A stretch of DNA of 64,000 nucleotides from Strigamia acuminata (taxonomy: Eukaryota), in assembly GCA_949358305.1 (NCBI GenBank), contig OX442314.1:32550001-32614000 (forward strand), read 5' to 3'. Below, piece after piece: positions 24,561 to 38,300 of the stretch (positions are counted from its first letter, which is position 1; the number at the start of each line of letters is the position of its first letter). Under the pieces are notes generated by a model. It was not told where the DNA came from, searched no databases, and was given only the letters and a program-made list of their open reading frames with translations. The position numbers and the translations under genes were made by a program.

Positions 24561-25315
24561 TTACGTTTGCTTTGTGCAGAAAAAAGGAAAGAAAGAAAGA
24601 GACTGACTGACTGCTGGGCGACAATGATGATGGTATAAACTATTAGTCGTACCCTCTCGCAAGGTCCGAGAAATTCAACCCTTCTTTATTTTGTTTTAAT
24701 TTTTATCCTATCTATCTATCTATCTATCTATCTAATTTTTTTTTTTTTTAATTTAAAACAATTACCGTCAGAGTGCGTTACCGTCGGAGATTTTTTCGTG
24801 ATTGCCGTGCGCGCGAGAAAAATTGCAACCGACAAACTTTCCCACATTGAAATTGGAAAACAAAATATATGGGGAGATCCACGTAGACAAGTAAATCAAG
24901 ATTAACTTGGTTTCGGAATTTATAGGACACCTTTTAACGCGGGAAACGCAAAAATCCGCATCGAATGGACACTTTGGCGTCCATCGAAGGGCACGGCTTA
25001 CGTCGGGTGGCGTGGCGGTTCTGGGAAATTACATTACAGGCCACGTGACCAGGTACAAAGTCCTGCGCACAAACGCTCGAGCGGAGTTGAATAAAAGTCC
25101 TTGAAATATATAAATCGATTTATCGACAGTGGAACTAATTCCACGACGAGTGCCCCAACGATTAATTAGATTATCGAATTGGGTGCCGTCTGAGTCGAAG
25201 ATCGCGAACGCCCCGATCGGTTTACCATTTTAATTTCAACTCGCAGTACACGTTGCACCATCGTAGACGATGCGAGTTTGTATAATCGCGTTCGACGAGT
25301 TTGCATACACTTTGA

Positions 25316-25516
25316 ATTCGTTCGCTTCGAGCCATCATGGAGATCCGAGGGTTTCGGTCGAAATTTCCTGAATCGATTTGAAACGGTATTTCCCACCCAC
25401 GGGTGTTCTGCTCCACCACGAACATTCCGGCGACCATTGCGGCGACCATTGCGGCAACGAGCGCCTCACCTACGGTGAATGCGGGGCAGCTGGCACCGAC
25501 GAGTGTCGGCAGCCCC
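25316..25516 (+). ncRNA. snRNA-like cassette 9 (class B)
   Basis: Upstream motif at 25253 (-63); GGGGCAGCTGGCAC..GTGTCGGCAGCCCC hairpin; GTTCCAAAATAAG box. Confidence 0.55.
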
Positions 25517-26258
25517 AACAACTTGTTCCAAAATAAGCCCACAGACAGACACACCTATAAAGCGTGTTTATTTCAAATAATTGTGCAAAAACACCCATTT
25601 AATTGTTTATTTATTTGTTCCTCGTGATACGCGCGTGGCCTGTGCGTTGACGACGTGTTCGCGATTTCACGACGGAATTCGTGGATCCGTTCGTCGGGAT
25701 TGGACTTTTGGGTGTCGGGTGAAAACGACCGACCGGGGACGAAATTCGAGGCGGAGAAGGGAGAAGGGAGCAAACAAGCGCGCGCGCAAGACGCCAAATG
25801 GAGTAAAAAAATATATCCAAAGAAGATGACTAAACTTTACTTTACTTAATTTTCGAATACTACGAGCACCCGGGATTCCATACTAAGGTCGAAATGACTA
25901 AAGTCGAAATCCCGTTTCGACCTAATTCGTTTCGACCCAGGTATCCCATCTAGTCTAAAATAAAAACAAACTCGCTGTTCACTGAAATATCTATATTTAA
26001 AGTTTTTACAGTTTTTACAGTTTGCAGAATGTTATAAAAAAAAAAAAAATAAAATAAAATAAATAAATAAATAAAAATAAAAATAAAAACAAATAAACAA
26101 ATAAAACGGAATAAAACGAAACGATGAAACAACGATACATTGAAGCGACGATTATATGGTGGAATAACGCCGAAAAAGTTACGCGAAAACGACAGTTATT
26201 TATTTCTATAACATTTTTTTCCCACATTTTTTACCCCATTTACACATAGAATTGCCAT

Positions 26259-26696
26259 TTATTGACACTTGTACATTTTATCTGGATATTCGACAAAGTA
26301 CAAATTTATCCATGGAACAAATCCATACTCGAATGGGATGGTGACGCCAAGTTTATCGTCTTTGAAGAATCGATCAAACCGCGCGCAAGATATATTCGAG
26401 TCCCAGAGGAAACGCGTCCCCAAGACGAGAGTTCTTTCTTTCGTCACGACGATGAAGTTGGTTTCGGTCCCTCGATTCACCCACTCGACGTCCATCTTGA
26501 TCTGTCCAATTATTTGGAAATGGTCACCAACGATGTTTTTTAGGTACCGGTGTCTATCGTCGTCGTCGTCTAGTTCGCGGATACTGTCCCGAGGGTAGCC
26601 CGTTTCTTCGAATAAACGTTCGTCGATGGCGCAGAAGCGCGACCACTCGATTACCAGGGCATTACGCGCGAGATTCCCTATCTTCACCTTGAGCAA
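26259..26696 (-). CDS. Retropepsin-like (aspartic protease fold) protein lacking the catalytic DTG
   Basis: VKIG....NALVIEWS...I aligns to V.i.G....ALlDtGs...i, and FIVV....LVLGTRFL matches FvV....iLG.dfl of retroviral-type proteases. True start may be upstream. Confidence 0.55.
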   Translation of the reverse strand: MLKVKIGNLARNALVIEWSRFCAIDERLFEETGYPRDSIRELDDDDDRHRYLKNIVGDHFQIIGQIKMDVEWVNRGTETNFIVVTKERTLVLGTRFLWDSNISCARFDRFFKDDKLGVTIPFEYGFVPWINLYFVEYPDKMYKCQ

Positions 26697-27177
26697 GGGA
26701 TGTTCGTTCGTGGGTTCAAGCGGTTTCGGCTGAATAAGAGAAGTTTTAGATTAAAAATTATACGAAACAATTCGTATCTGTTCCTGGAATTACCTGGAAC
26801 ATGGTTCAATGTTGCGAGGAACGCCAACGAGACGCGGAGAACAGTCTTGTATCGTGTCTGAACTTGATTTGGATGCAAATGAGACACGGGTTACGTCAGA
26901 TGGCGTGGCGGCTGTGAGAAATTACGTCACACAGGCGCTCGCGCGGAGTTAAATAAAAATCCTCGAAATATAGAAATTGATTTATCGACGGTGTAACCGA
27001 TTCCACGTCGAGCGTCCCAACAATTAATTAGATTATAGAACTGGGTGTTGTCCGAAACGAAGATCGCGAACGCTCCGATCGGTTTACGATTTAAATTTCA
27101 ACTCGCGGTACACGTCGCACCATCGTAGGCGATGCGAGTTTGTATAATCGCGTTCGACGAGTTTGCAGACACTTTGA

Positions 27178-27354
27178 ATTCGTTCGCTTCGAGCCATCAT
27201 GGAGATCCGAGGGTTTCGGTCGAAATTTCCTGAATCGATTTGATACGGTTGTTCTGCTCCACCACGAACACTCCCTGGTTCGTCGAAAAACACTCCAAAG
27301 TGGGTTCGTCGGAGAACACGGGGCAGTTGGCGACCGATGCGCGCCGACAGCCCC
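27178..27354 (+). ncRNA. snRNA-like cassette 10 (class B)
   Basis: Upstream motif at 27115 (-63); promoter and 5' body near-identical to cassette 9; terminal hairpin and box. Confidence 0.55.
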
Positions 27355-27943
27355 GACAAATTGTTCCAAAATAAATCCAAGCTCCCACAACGTTGTTTTC
27401 GATACGCGCGTTCCTACACGCGATGACGCGCGTGATGCGATGCGGGTGAGTGTGACACGGGTTTTCGAATTGGGCGTCGACGGTGATGTTTGTCAACGTG
27501 GATAAACGTCCGCAAAGTGCCCGGAACGCAGTTAATTACCGACGAGAATTGAAAATGTAATCGTTTTTGATAAAAAGAAACCCTCGTAACGTTGAAACGA
27601 TAAAGAGAACGCAAAATTCGGATTCGAATTCAGGTTCGATCCGCGAACTGTCGAGGCGCGACATGCCAAGCGTGGAGGGGAGCGTTTATCGCTCATAGGT
27701 GCCCGATGATCGGAGACGGGTGGGTGATGGGTGGGTGATCGGTACCAGACAGACACAAAACAGAATAAAATCTACCCCCGTACTTCGGTCGTCACTAAGA
27801 TTACCTTCGCAGTGACCGACTAGAATAAGAGTTTTGCAAAATATCCGTCGTTTCATATTTTAATTTTGTCTTTCCGGCGTCTCGCGCCATCGCTTTCGAC
27901 GTGAGTTTGTGTCATTGCGTTCGGTGGATTTGCAAGCGCCTCT

Positions 27944-28083
27944 AGGTCGATCGAGACCAGACACGCTTACTTCAGAGTAGGGACCACTCCACCACAAACA
28001 TTCCGAGGGTATTGGCGCGCAAAAAGGACGGGGTCCTATCTTCTCGCCACGCAGAATACGGGCAGCCAGCATTGGCAGCCCCC
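27944..28083 (+). ncRNA. snRNA-like cassette 11 (class B variant)
   Basis: Upstream motif at 27882; shortened GGGCAG..CAGCCC hairpin; GTTCCAAAATAAG box. Confidence 0.5.
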
Positions 28084-29048
28084 AATAACTTGTTCCAAAA
28101 TAAGATCGAGTTGATTAGATTCCTTCACTCGTCCCGTAAATACCGTAAATTTCGTAAATGTCACAATACGTGGTGAAAATGATGCGTCACGTGTCTTATC
28201 GCGCATTGGGTCACATTTAAACGCGCGTATCGTTAAGGGTGTCGCGTTCATGGTGGTACATTGGTGCCGGGATGTTCAGATACGCGCTCCCGTACGCTTC
28301 CACGGCGTTGGTATTGTTTGGTTATAGCGATTGTTTGTTCCAAATAATTGTGCAAAAACACTAGTTTAATTGTTTATATATTTAATCCTCGGGAGATGCG
28401 TGCGACCTATACGCCGACCCCAAGCTCGTGATTTCGCTGCGGATTTCGTGGATCTGTCCGGGCTTTTGGGCGCCGGACAAAAAAAGTTTGATTGGAAATG
28501 GGTCCCCGGACGGAGAAAAGAGAAAGGAGTAGACACGCGCGCGTGGGACACCCTGTGGAATAAAAAATACCCATGGAAGACAATGAAAGTTTAATCCCAC
28601 AATCGTCGAATCGGTTTCGTGGTTTGCGCTCCAACTGTTAATTAGATTATCGTCGTTGGGACCGATTGAAACAAATGTTTTGTGAAAAATTTGCAGTTTC
28701 AGATTTTAACTTTATCTCCCAGACTTCTTGCCCCATCGCTGTCTACGCTGTCTACGCGAGCCAGACGACAATATGAGTCCTGAGGTCCGAGAGCGAGTCT
28801 GCATGTCCCAGGGGACGACATGCGAGTAGCCACTCGTGCGCCCCTTGCCATCGCCAGACATGCTTTCGCCAAAGTATGAACCGTGACAACAACTATATTA
28901 AAACAATGTTTATTCGATCGAAAGAATCTATACAACAATTATGAGTACACTTGTCAATTTATTTATCTATTTATTTGATAGAATCTTGGTTGTGGTCACT
29001 GTCGGTCACATCGTAACCATCGTCTCCAGGGCCCATCACCCCTTCTCC

Positions 29049-29723
29049 CTACCACTCCTTTTCATCACCGTTATCATCGAGTCCTTCGTAACCACAGCCA
29101 TCTTCCTCCTCCATCATGTCCACCATGTCCATCTCCATTTCCTTCACCTCCGCCTGCACCGCCTCTAGCTTCTTCCCCACCGACTTCAACACGCACAACG
29201 TCTTCGTCTTCTTTTCCCGCCATCTCGCCGCTTTCTCCATTCGCTCCGCAACCACTTTGTCCAGTTGCTCCGCCAACACCTTCTCCATTCGCTTCGCCAT
29301 AACCTTCTCCACCACATTCTCCGCCACATTCTCCACCACATTCTTCACCACATTCTCCATTTTTTCTGTTATCACCGCCTCGACCCTTGTTGCCAATCTC
29401 TCTTCCCGCAGCACCGAAGGTGAAGACGGCGGCGGCAATGATGTCTCTCTTCGCGACTGGAAAGGGAAAGGGAGAAAAAAAAAAAAAAAAGAGAATAAGC
29501 AAATAAATAAAACCCAAGACGTGGCGCGTACCCTCTTGATCAGCGTCAGTTTACCCCTTTTCTGCCTGCCTGGACGCTTGGACAAAGCGGGATCGAGCGG
29601 TACCGACGCGATAGCGGCAGTCGACGACGGCGATGTGGTTCTAGTCCGCGTCGCACGGAGAACGGGCGTCGAGATGGACGATGTTTCCCCTTCCCCTTTC
29701 ACCTTCCATGTTCCTGTCATCAT
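29049..29723 (-). CDS. Two-exon coiled-coil/acidic-tail protein (same layout as 23579 and 44335 genes)
   Basis: Exons 29532-29723 and 29049-29456 splice in frame; basic patch before the intron, VVEN/VVEK repeats, acidic end. Confidence 0.65.
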   Translation of the reverse strand: MMTGTWKVKGEGETSSISTPVLRATRTRTTSPSSTAAIASVPLDPALSKRPGRQKRGKLTLIKRVRATSWVLFICLFSFFFFFLPFPFQSRRETSLPPPSSPSVLREERLATRVEAVITEKMENVVKNVVENVAENVVEKVMAKRMEKVLAEQLDKVVAERMEKAARWREKKTKTLCVLKSVGKKLEAVQAEVKEMEMDMVDMMEEEDGCGYEGLDDNGDEKEW

Positions 29724-30148
29724 GGTCTCTGAAAACGAAAAAAACGCGATAGATAAAATCAAAAGAAAAAGAAAAAAAAACAAAAAAAACAAAAACAAAT
29801 GGGTTATTAAATTGAGCTTCATTTTCTGTTAGCAACAATGACCAAACAAACAAATTTTTTCTGCGCGCGCTCACGGATACAATACGTGCATAATTGGGCG
29901 GGAATAATTGACAAATGATACCACAAAACACTTGGCTCATTCGCTCGTTCACTCGCTCGCTCACTCACGTTTAACGAAACGAAACAAAACACGCAACTGC
30001 AAACGCAAACTGTCTTTGCCCGGCTCTAGCTCGATTTAAAAATGGCGACAATTGAAGCGAAGCTTCGTGCTTCACTGCAACGTGGTGTCGACGAGAGCTT
30101 GAGCGAGAGCGAGAGTGAGAGCGAGAGAAAGCGAGTGAGTGGGTGAGC

Positions 30149-30182
<34 letters not shown>

Positions 30183-30728
30183 CCAAGTGGAGCATGCGTG
30201 GACTGGCGACGATATTTCCGCAGTCGTTCAATTTGGCGTGGGTTTACAACTCCGCTTATTTGGTCGCTGATCGAGTCGGCACGCACTTTAAACATGTTGA
30301 CGGCAAACAATACACGCGGGAAAAAAAATAACGCTAAGTTGTACGTAAGAAGAGTCTTCATTATGAATAAATGCAAAGGACCGAACCCCGAATATTCGAG
30401 TGTCCACACAACCTATCGTCCACCGGGTCTTGGTGTCCGGGTAGAAAGAGGGAAGGGACGGACGCGCGCGTACCGGACATTGCCACTCGGAACAAAAAAT
30501 GTGCATAATAGGGAAAACGATCAAAGTTTAATTTCCTGATCTTGGAGTCGGTTCCGCGATTTGTGTTCCGACCAATAATTAGATTATCCTCGCAGCGACC
30601 TACTGGAACAAAGATTTTGTGGAAAATCCGCCGTTGTATATTTTATTTTTTCTTTTCCGGTTGTCTCGCACCATGTAATCGACGCGAGTTTTTGAGATTG
30701 CGCTCGACCGGACTTTGCGAACATTCTC

Positions 30729-30891
30729 AGAGCGTTCCGGGCCCTCGCGGATATCCGGAGGGTTCCGGTGTGTGGCATCGGTTTGATTGCGCTCGTTTTA
30801 TTCTGCGTCGTCACTGGCCAGACGCGAATGGTCGGAGGGTCGCGTTCGCGACAAATAGGGGCAGTTGGCGCCGACGAGCGCCGGCAGCCCC
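30729..30891 (+). ncRNA. snRNA-like cassette 12 (class B)
   Basis: Upstream motif at 30666 (-63); CCGGGCCCTCGCGGATATCCGGAGGGTTCCGG hairpin; terminal hairpin and GTTTCAAATAAAG box. Confidence 0.55.
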
Positions 30892-31767
30892 GACACATTG
30901 TTTCAAATAAAGCTCCTGTCGAGTTGATTCGATTCGATTCGTATCGTGTTAATTTATCTCTGCGATCTACGCGGTTGAAACAATGCCCCGCTCTTCTACC
31001 CCGTATTGCGCGCCTCATCGCGCATTAGATCGCATTTAAACGCGCGTACAATTAAGGGTGACGCGATCACGCCGCTAAATCGACGCACACTTTACTCACG
31101 GATGCGCACCGGCACTGAAACGTCCAGAAACACGCTTCTACACGTTTCTACGGCGTCGGCATTGTTTATTTATTTGTTTATTCGTTTACTTATTTATTAA
31201 TTCATCTATTCGGACCTCGTGGTGTGCAAATTGCGGAAAGGTCCCTCATTTTTAGCGTTACGGCGGCCTGTGTATTGGTCCCGTGTTCGCAATTCTGACT
31301 TGAACGCAGCCAATCGACCGAGACCCGACGTCAAATTCGATAGCAACGCGTCGGAATGCAAATAACTATCGACGAAAATTAAAAGTATAATTGTTGAATA
31401 AAAGGAAACTGACGTAATGTTGAAACGCTAAAAAATACGTAAAATTAAGATTCAAATTCGGGTTCGATCCAGGTCAGATTAAGTCAGATCAGATCCACGA
31501 ACTCTCGAGGCGCGACATGTTTATCGCTTAAAGATACCTGGCGATCGACGATGGGCGGACGACTGGAGTTCGATTTCCCGATCATGGGATCAGTTTCGCG
31601 GTTCGTGCTCCATTGTTTAATGAGATTATCTTCGTTGGGGTCGATCCCAACAAAAAAATTGAAAACAAATTACATTTTACATTTTAGAACTGGCTTCCGG
31701 ACGCCTCGCACCATCCCCGGCGACGCAGTTGTTGTCGTTGGATTCGACCGACTCTGCGGACATTTTC

Positions 31768-31966
31768 AAACCCAGACCAGACACACTTGTTTCGAACAAG
31801 GAGCCATCAAGCGCTGAGCGCTTAAACGGACCTGTTTCGTCCTTTTCGTGTCTCAATACCCTCGGGGTGTTCGTGGTGGAGTAGATGTCATTTATGCGTT
31901 GTAAAAAGTGTTTTCTCTATTGCATCGGCATACGGGCATACGGGGCAGCTGGTGACGGCAGCCCCC
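31768..31966 (+). ncRNA. snRNA-like cassette 13 (class B variant)
   Basis: Upstream motif at 31706; GGGGCAGCTG..CGGCAGCCCC; GTTCCAAAAATAAG box. Confidence 0.5.
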
Positions 31967-32356
31967 AATAAATTTGTTCCAAAAATAAGTTCCCGTCGAG
32001 TCGTGTCGATTTCTCTTTCTCTCTCTCTCTGGTCCGCCGTGATCGCGCTTCATTGCGCTAAATTGCCGCCAGAACGCGCTACCGTCGCAACAAACATTTT
32101 TGGCGTCCATTAAAGGACGCGGATTACGGGTCACGCGAACGGGCGTCAAATCCCGCGCGCAAACGATCGTGTCGAGTTAAATAAAAGAATAGAAATCGGT
32201 GACAAGTGTTGCACGAAACGAGGCCACGAACGCCTCTATTGGTTTACGATTTTATTTTCACCCCATTGTACTCGACGCGCCAGCGTAGGAGAAGTGAGTT
32301 TTCGTCACTACGTTCGATGGATTTGCAAACAAACAGACAAACAAACAAACGGTTTC

Positions 32357-32544
32357 AGACCGTTCCGGGTCCTCGCGGATATTCGGAGGGTTCCGGTGGT
32401 GGATTTGTCTCATCACTTTTAATCTATCCTGTGTTGTCATCGGCCAAACCAGTGCCGGTTTGCACGGTACAAAGGGTCGTGCAAAGGGTCGCATTCGCGG
32501 CAAATAGGGGCAGCTGGTGTCGACGGACGAGCGCCGGCAGCCCC
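32357..32544 (+). ncRNA. snRNA-like cassette 14 (class B; promoter interrupted by (CAAA)n)
   Basis: Paralogous to cassette 12 including ~500 bp of downstream flank; same hairpins and box. Confidence 0.45.
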
Positions 32545-34932
32545 GACACATTGTTCCAAAAAAAAGCTCCTGTCGGGTTGATTCGATTCGATTCGACTCG
32601 TGTTAATTTATCCCTGCGACCCGCCCCCGTAAATGTCGTAATACGCGGTGGAAACGATGCCCGCTCTTCTACCCCGCATTGCGCGCCTCGTCGTGCACTA
32701 GGCCGCGTTCAAACGCGCGTACTATTAACGGGTGACGCGATCTCGCCGGTAAGTCGACATGCGCTTTACTCACGAATGCGCGTCGGCACCGAAACGTTCG
32801 GAAACATGCTTCCGCAGTGTCGGCATTGTTCATTTATTAAATTATTTGTTTGTTTATTCATTTATTTAAACTCCGTGGTTGATTGATGGGCGTGTGGATT
32901 TCGCGATTTGCGTTGGCCCTGTGTTCACAGTTTTGATTGATTTGAACGCAGCCAATCGAACGAGACCCGACATCAATCTCGATAGCGACGCGTCGGAACG
33001 CAAAGAACTGCTCACCGAGAATTGAAAGTGTAATTGTAAAACAAATAATCAACAAATAATCAATGTGGAACAATCATCGTGTAACATTTTATTAATAAAT
33101 AGTATTTTGAAAAAAAAAAAAAAAAAAAAAAAAACAACAACAACAACAACAACTAATTTATCTTTCGATGCGAGTAAATTACAAACTTTGTCTTTGAGTT
33201 TTAGTCACCCCAAAAGTTGAATCAAATTTTCAATTTAATTATTAATTCCATCTATCCGTCTGCCTGTCTTCTCCTTGCAGCACCCCGGGTCCGCAGCGAT
33301 GGGACGCGCGCCGTCGACGAGCGTGTACGTGCTGAGCGGCCCATTGCCCGGCATCGCAACGGAGCATTTCGAGCGACCAGACTCGGTGTCGTCGTAGAGG
33401 AGACACAGACTGCACGTCCTTCTTGTTGACGCACCAGGAGCTGATACCATCGTCCACTAGGAGGCAACACGCCACGTCTAGGTTGCAATTAATCAATCAG
33501 TTTAACAAAATCCTGCAATCATAAAACGTCTGGTTAAAATTCAAATATTTATACATTTTCTGATCATATTTCACCCATCCAACAACTCGTTTCGTTCCAG
33601 GTGTCGCGAAACACTCGATTTTATATCTAGTCGGTCACTTGTTTTTCTTCCACCTGAAATTCAAGATAAATTAATTCAATTCGTTCAAACCAAATAAATC
33701 AACTCGTATTAAAAAGATTCGATCCGCATTATTTCACTCGGTTTAACATCGTTAACCTGTATGAAAAATAGAAATAAAGTCATAAATCAGTTTTTTTCTA
33801 CATGCACCCGTAATTTCGATGGATGAACGGTCCTTCAGCAACGTTGTGCGAAAAACAATGCACGCAAATTCGTTAAATTTCCTCCAGATTCTGTAACATC
33901 GATTCGAATGGCCTTGTGTGTATGCGCGCGCGAGTATGTATGTGTGTCAACACGCAAGAACGACGCGAGGACTCCGTGTGGCACCTGTCGCGAGCAACCG
34001 AGAATGACACGTAGCAAACCGTCTGCGCATCGTGTTTCCTGCAAAAATGAGAACAATCTGTTTTTTAATACGCTGTCAGAAGTATGTGATGTAAAAAGAA
34101 CTCATCTAATTGCCCTTCCTTTCCTATTTTCCACTCTCTGTCGCTTCGTTGTCGACAAATGCGTCCTCGTTGTCCCTTTCTATTTCCAATATAGTTGTGA
34201 GAGGACCGCGGTGCGTCCTATTCTCTCCCCGATGGACCCGCATTATTGTCCTAGAAAAAACGTACACTCTTCAGTTTATTTCCCCGGGATTTATTTGAAC
34301 TCAGGCATCCGAATTTTACTCACCTGTTGTGCTTGTTTTCGCGGCTTTTTTTTTCCTCCCGGGCTCCGACCTAGTTTGTCTTCATCCGCTGACGCTTATT
34401 TCTCGTCGTTTCCAACGGCGGCCATTGCTTTTGTTGCGAGTCTTCTCTGTTTTCGGGTTTTACCAATTCCCGTCCCGAACTGCTCCCGTCACCATCACTT
34501 TTAGACAGTTTATGCCCGTTTAGACTGTCGACTCGAATAAACGTTTATTAGTTCCTGCCAGTTAATCGAAGCTAGTTAGGTCGTTTTCACGACCCGATGT
34601 CACTCGAACGGATTTATTAGCGCCTCTCTACCGTCTTTTGCCCGTTTCAATCGAGTTTTAGTGTTACCCACTTCTCCCGATGTTCTCCGTCTTCGAAGAA
34701 TTTACTTATTGTTTACTCTATTCGTCGATAATAAACAGTCAAACTTAAACACCGCCCAGTCTCTCGTCGCACGCCGGACCAACCGGATGTTACACCTGCA
34801 TTAGTTAAAATAAATAAATAAATAAATAAATAAATAAACAACGCCATCTATTGGGCGTGAATGCAACACACGATTCCACGGGGTTCCCATTGAATTTATT
34901 TATGTGGCCGCGCGTAGACAGTAAATAAATAA

Positions 34933-34970
<38 letters not shown>

Positions 34971-35393
34971 TTATATATACGCAATGTTTTCTCCATTCGA
35001 GTAAACTTGTACTTTTATTGCCCTTTTGTACATGTGACGTCGCCTCTGGTCAACGTTTTTGACCCACGATAAAAACTCCAAAATAAACAAATGAGTAAAG
35101 GGGACAGAAACCCGAACTTGTTGGTTTGTTTAAACGCGACTGGAGTGAAGTGGGCATCACAGCACCCCGCTCACGATCGCGCGCTCGAAATTATAACGGA
35201 GCCCAAAATATTATCGTCTGACCCAAAATTGTTTCGTTTTTAATTAAAAAACGATCACATAGCCGACTCCAAAACCAAAACATCGTAGCTCTTAAAAACG
35301 GGTGTAAATCGGAGACTTTGAATCAAAATCATTCGCGGAATCGCCAACAGGTGTCGCGTCAACAAACTGGTAGCGAGCATACATGAACTGGAA

Positions 35394-38300
35394 ATGGAAG
35401 CGGGAAGTTTATGCTCGGTCGCGTCTCCGCAGGTAAATTTGGGTGGCTTTTACGAATTTTTGCGATATTTTTGTCAATGAATCGCGTCCGTGGTCGTACG
35501 TGTGCACACGTGTGGTCGTCGAACAACGCGCATGGATTTTTGTGTTTGGTCGCGGGAGTGTACGTGAGTGAGCGTTTGCGGTGTAACGTGGATGATTTTT
35601 ACCCGATCGACGGCGAACGAGGTTTATTAAAATTAGACGAATGTATACATTTTTTATTTATTGATTTATACACGATTCATCGATTCATATGCACACGTGT
35701 ATACCGTATTGGTCCACTCGTTGCCACGCACCGTCGTCGAGCACGGATTTGTGGTCGTTTTCAAATCGCGCGTTTAGAGCGGAATATGCCGACACAAACG
35801 AAAAATGTTTTTATTTTTATTTTTATTTTTTATTTTCTCTCCCTTACAGACATCCGACGCAAACAAAGAGACGGAAGGTGGGAAGATGGAAAATGAAAAA
35901 TTAGAAACCGAGGAGGGGTCAACCGAAGTTGCAACCACGATGACGGTGAGTGGAAAAATTGTCTCACGATTAACAATATTATTATTATTATTATTATTGA
36001 TGAAAAATAGATAAACAAACACATAAATAAATAAATATTTCTGCCTAATTCGCGAAATAAAAATAGAAAATAATTTATTTATTTCCGCGCGGACATTAAA
36101 AATTGATTCATATCACGTGTAAAAATTTCATTTTTTTAAATTTAATTTTTTTGTCCCATTTATGCGCGATCTCTTATCTGTGCCAATTTTAAGCAATGAC
36201 AAACGGTCCCGATTCTCCAACCATTTAACAGCATCGAATGCCAATTGCAAAGTAGTGATCAAATTTTTCTTCCGACAATTAAATCTGAGATCCGTGGAGA
36301 GGGGCCACGTCGGGATAGGAACAAATTCTAATATCCGCGTGGAAATGGGCACGGTCCGGGGTACGGACCCGCTATTTTCCATTTTTCTAAACTTTCTTTG
36401 TTTTATTTTATTTTATTTATTTATTTTTTAAACGCTGATTTATTCATACACATTCGTATCGTTCCAGGACACGGAACCGCACGTGGACGAGAGGTTGGTC
36501 ACTGTGGAAGCGTCGACGGCGGTGAGTGAAAGAATTGGCCCATAATCAAAATTAATTTTGCGAGGATAAGCTTTCGTTGCTGGTTCTGGCGCGATCGACG
36601 CAATTGTGACCCATTCTCCCATGTTTGTGCGCGCGAAAATACGCGAACACGCGCGTCCAATTTTTTGTCGTTTGACGCCCCGCGTCTCAATTTGTTTTAC
36701 GTGTCCACTCCCTTCCCTCCCCCCCCCATCCCCCCCCCCCCATTTTTTTTTTTTTTTTCTTTTAATTGATTTTTCTTTTTCTTTTTCTATTTTTATTCAT
36801 TTTTTTATTTTTATTTTTATTTTTTGTTTTTATTTTTATTTTTTTATTTATTATATTTGCTCGTTTTTAATCAGGCCACAATGGACACATCTCGACGACG
36901 TCCAGTGGAGTCGATTCTGGACGACTCGCAATCGCAACCAACAGAGCCGATGCTGGAGGAATCCCAAGACACGGAATTCAGCGAGTCTCAACCCTCCGAG
37001 TCCAGGGTGGTGTTGTACCACGAAAGGCTGGTGGAGAGGGTGGTGGAGAGGGTGGTGGAGAGGCGGGTGGATAGGCTGATAGAGAGGCGGGCAATAATGG
37101 AGGCCATCGTTGGAGATGCAGGGACGGTGAGTGAATTAGAATTAGAAAAATAGAAATTATACACCGTATATCTCCAAATAGTGCATCCACACGCTATCTG
37201 GGGACAAATTTTCTCATGTGTACGATCAGAGGCCCGCGCGCGTTATTCGTGAACTAAAATTGTCCCACCGAAGACACGTGTACAAATCGAGGATACCGTT
37301 TATCTGTAAATAGCGCACCCGTGCGCTATTTAAAAATAAATGGTCCCGTGCGTTATTAAAGACCCGCAGAGTAATCACAGATATACTGTATACAGTATAT
37401 GCATTTTTTTTTCTGTTTTGTTTCTTTTTCTTTTCAATCCGTTTGAATATTCACATTTGTTTGTTTCCTGTCAGGCCGCGTCCGAAGTCATGTCGAACGT
37501 CTTGTTTCGAGTCGCACAATGCATCGCGTCGTCTTCCGGGGCACCGGACCATGAACCCGCAACTGCAACGGTAGGCTAAAGAATCAAAGTCGAGTTTACA
37601 AGAGTGTTCTTGACTCTCATGTTTCCGACACGATCGGCGCAGACGAAATGTGAAAACGACCAACCAACGCGCGTCATCTCGAGTTAGGCGCGCACATCAA
37701 ATGCGTGCTCTTTACCGACACATTTAATGTCAGGGTCTATTTAAATTTAATTCATTTATTGGTTAATTTTTTCCTTTTCTTTTTTTTTATTACAAGTTAG
37801 TCATTTTAATTGTGGGCGTCTTTTTGGCCCCCTTTTTTTATTTTTATTTATTTATTTATTTATTTTTTAATTATGCACACATTTGTAATTATATTTACTC
37901 GTTTCTTACCAGGACGGACCCAACGACGACGGTGCCTTGGACCTATCACAAAGCACGGGGCATTCCGTGTGGTCATCGAGCCTGCCACAAACGTGAGTTC
38001 CACGCGCTCTTCGGGTCTTGCACGCAACGTCTCACAATTTATTTATTTATTTTTTTTTTTTAGAGAAACGGATGGGACGGCGGATGAGATTGTGGGGGGG
38101 GTTGTGGATGAGATCGTGGAGGAGGTGGGAAAGGCGAGGGCGGCGGAAGAGACTGTGTCGGAGACGGAGAAGGAGATGGCGGTGGAAGAGACTGTGTCGG
38201 AGAAGGAGGTGGAGAAGGAGATGGCGGTGGAAGAGACTGTGTCGGGGAAGGAGGTGGAGAAGGAGATGGCGGTGGAAGAGACTGTGTCGGAAAAGGAGGT

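Noticed and set aside
32365..32400. HDV-like ribozyme (UCCUCGCGG)
   Set aside because: The segment pairs locally as a simple hairpin; I could not build a nested double pseudoknot.
33235..34800. Possible minus-strand spliced gene
   Set aside because: Exon-like pieces exist, but I could not assemble a consistent frame or recognise a domain.
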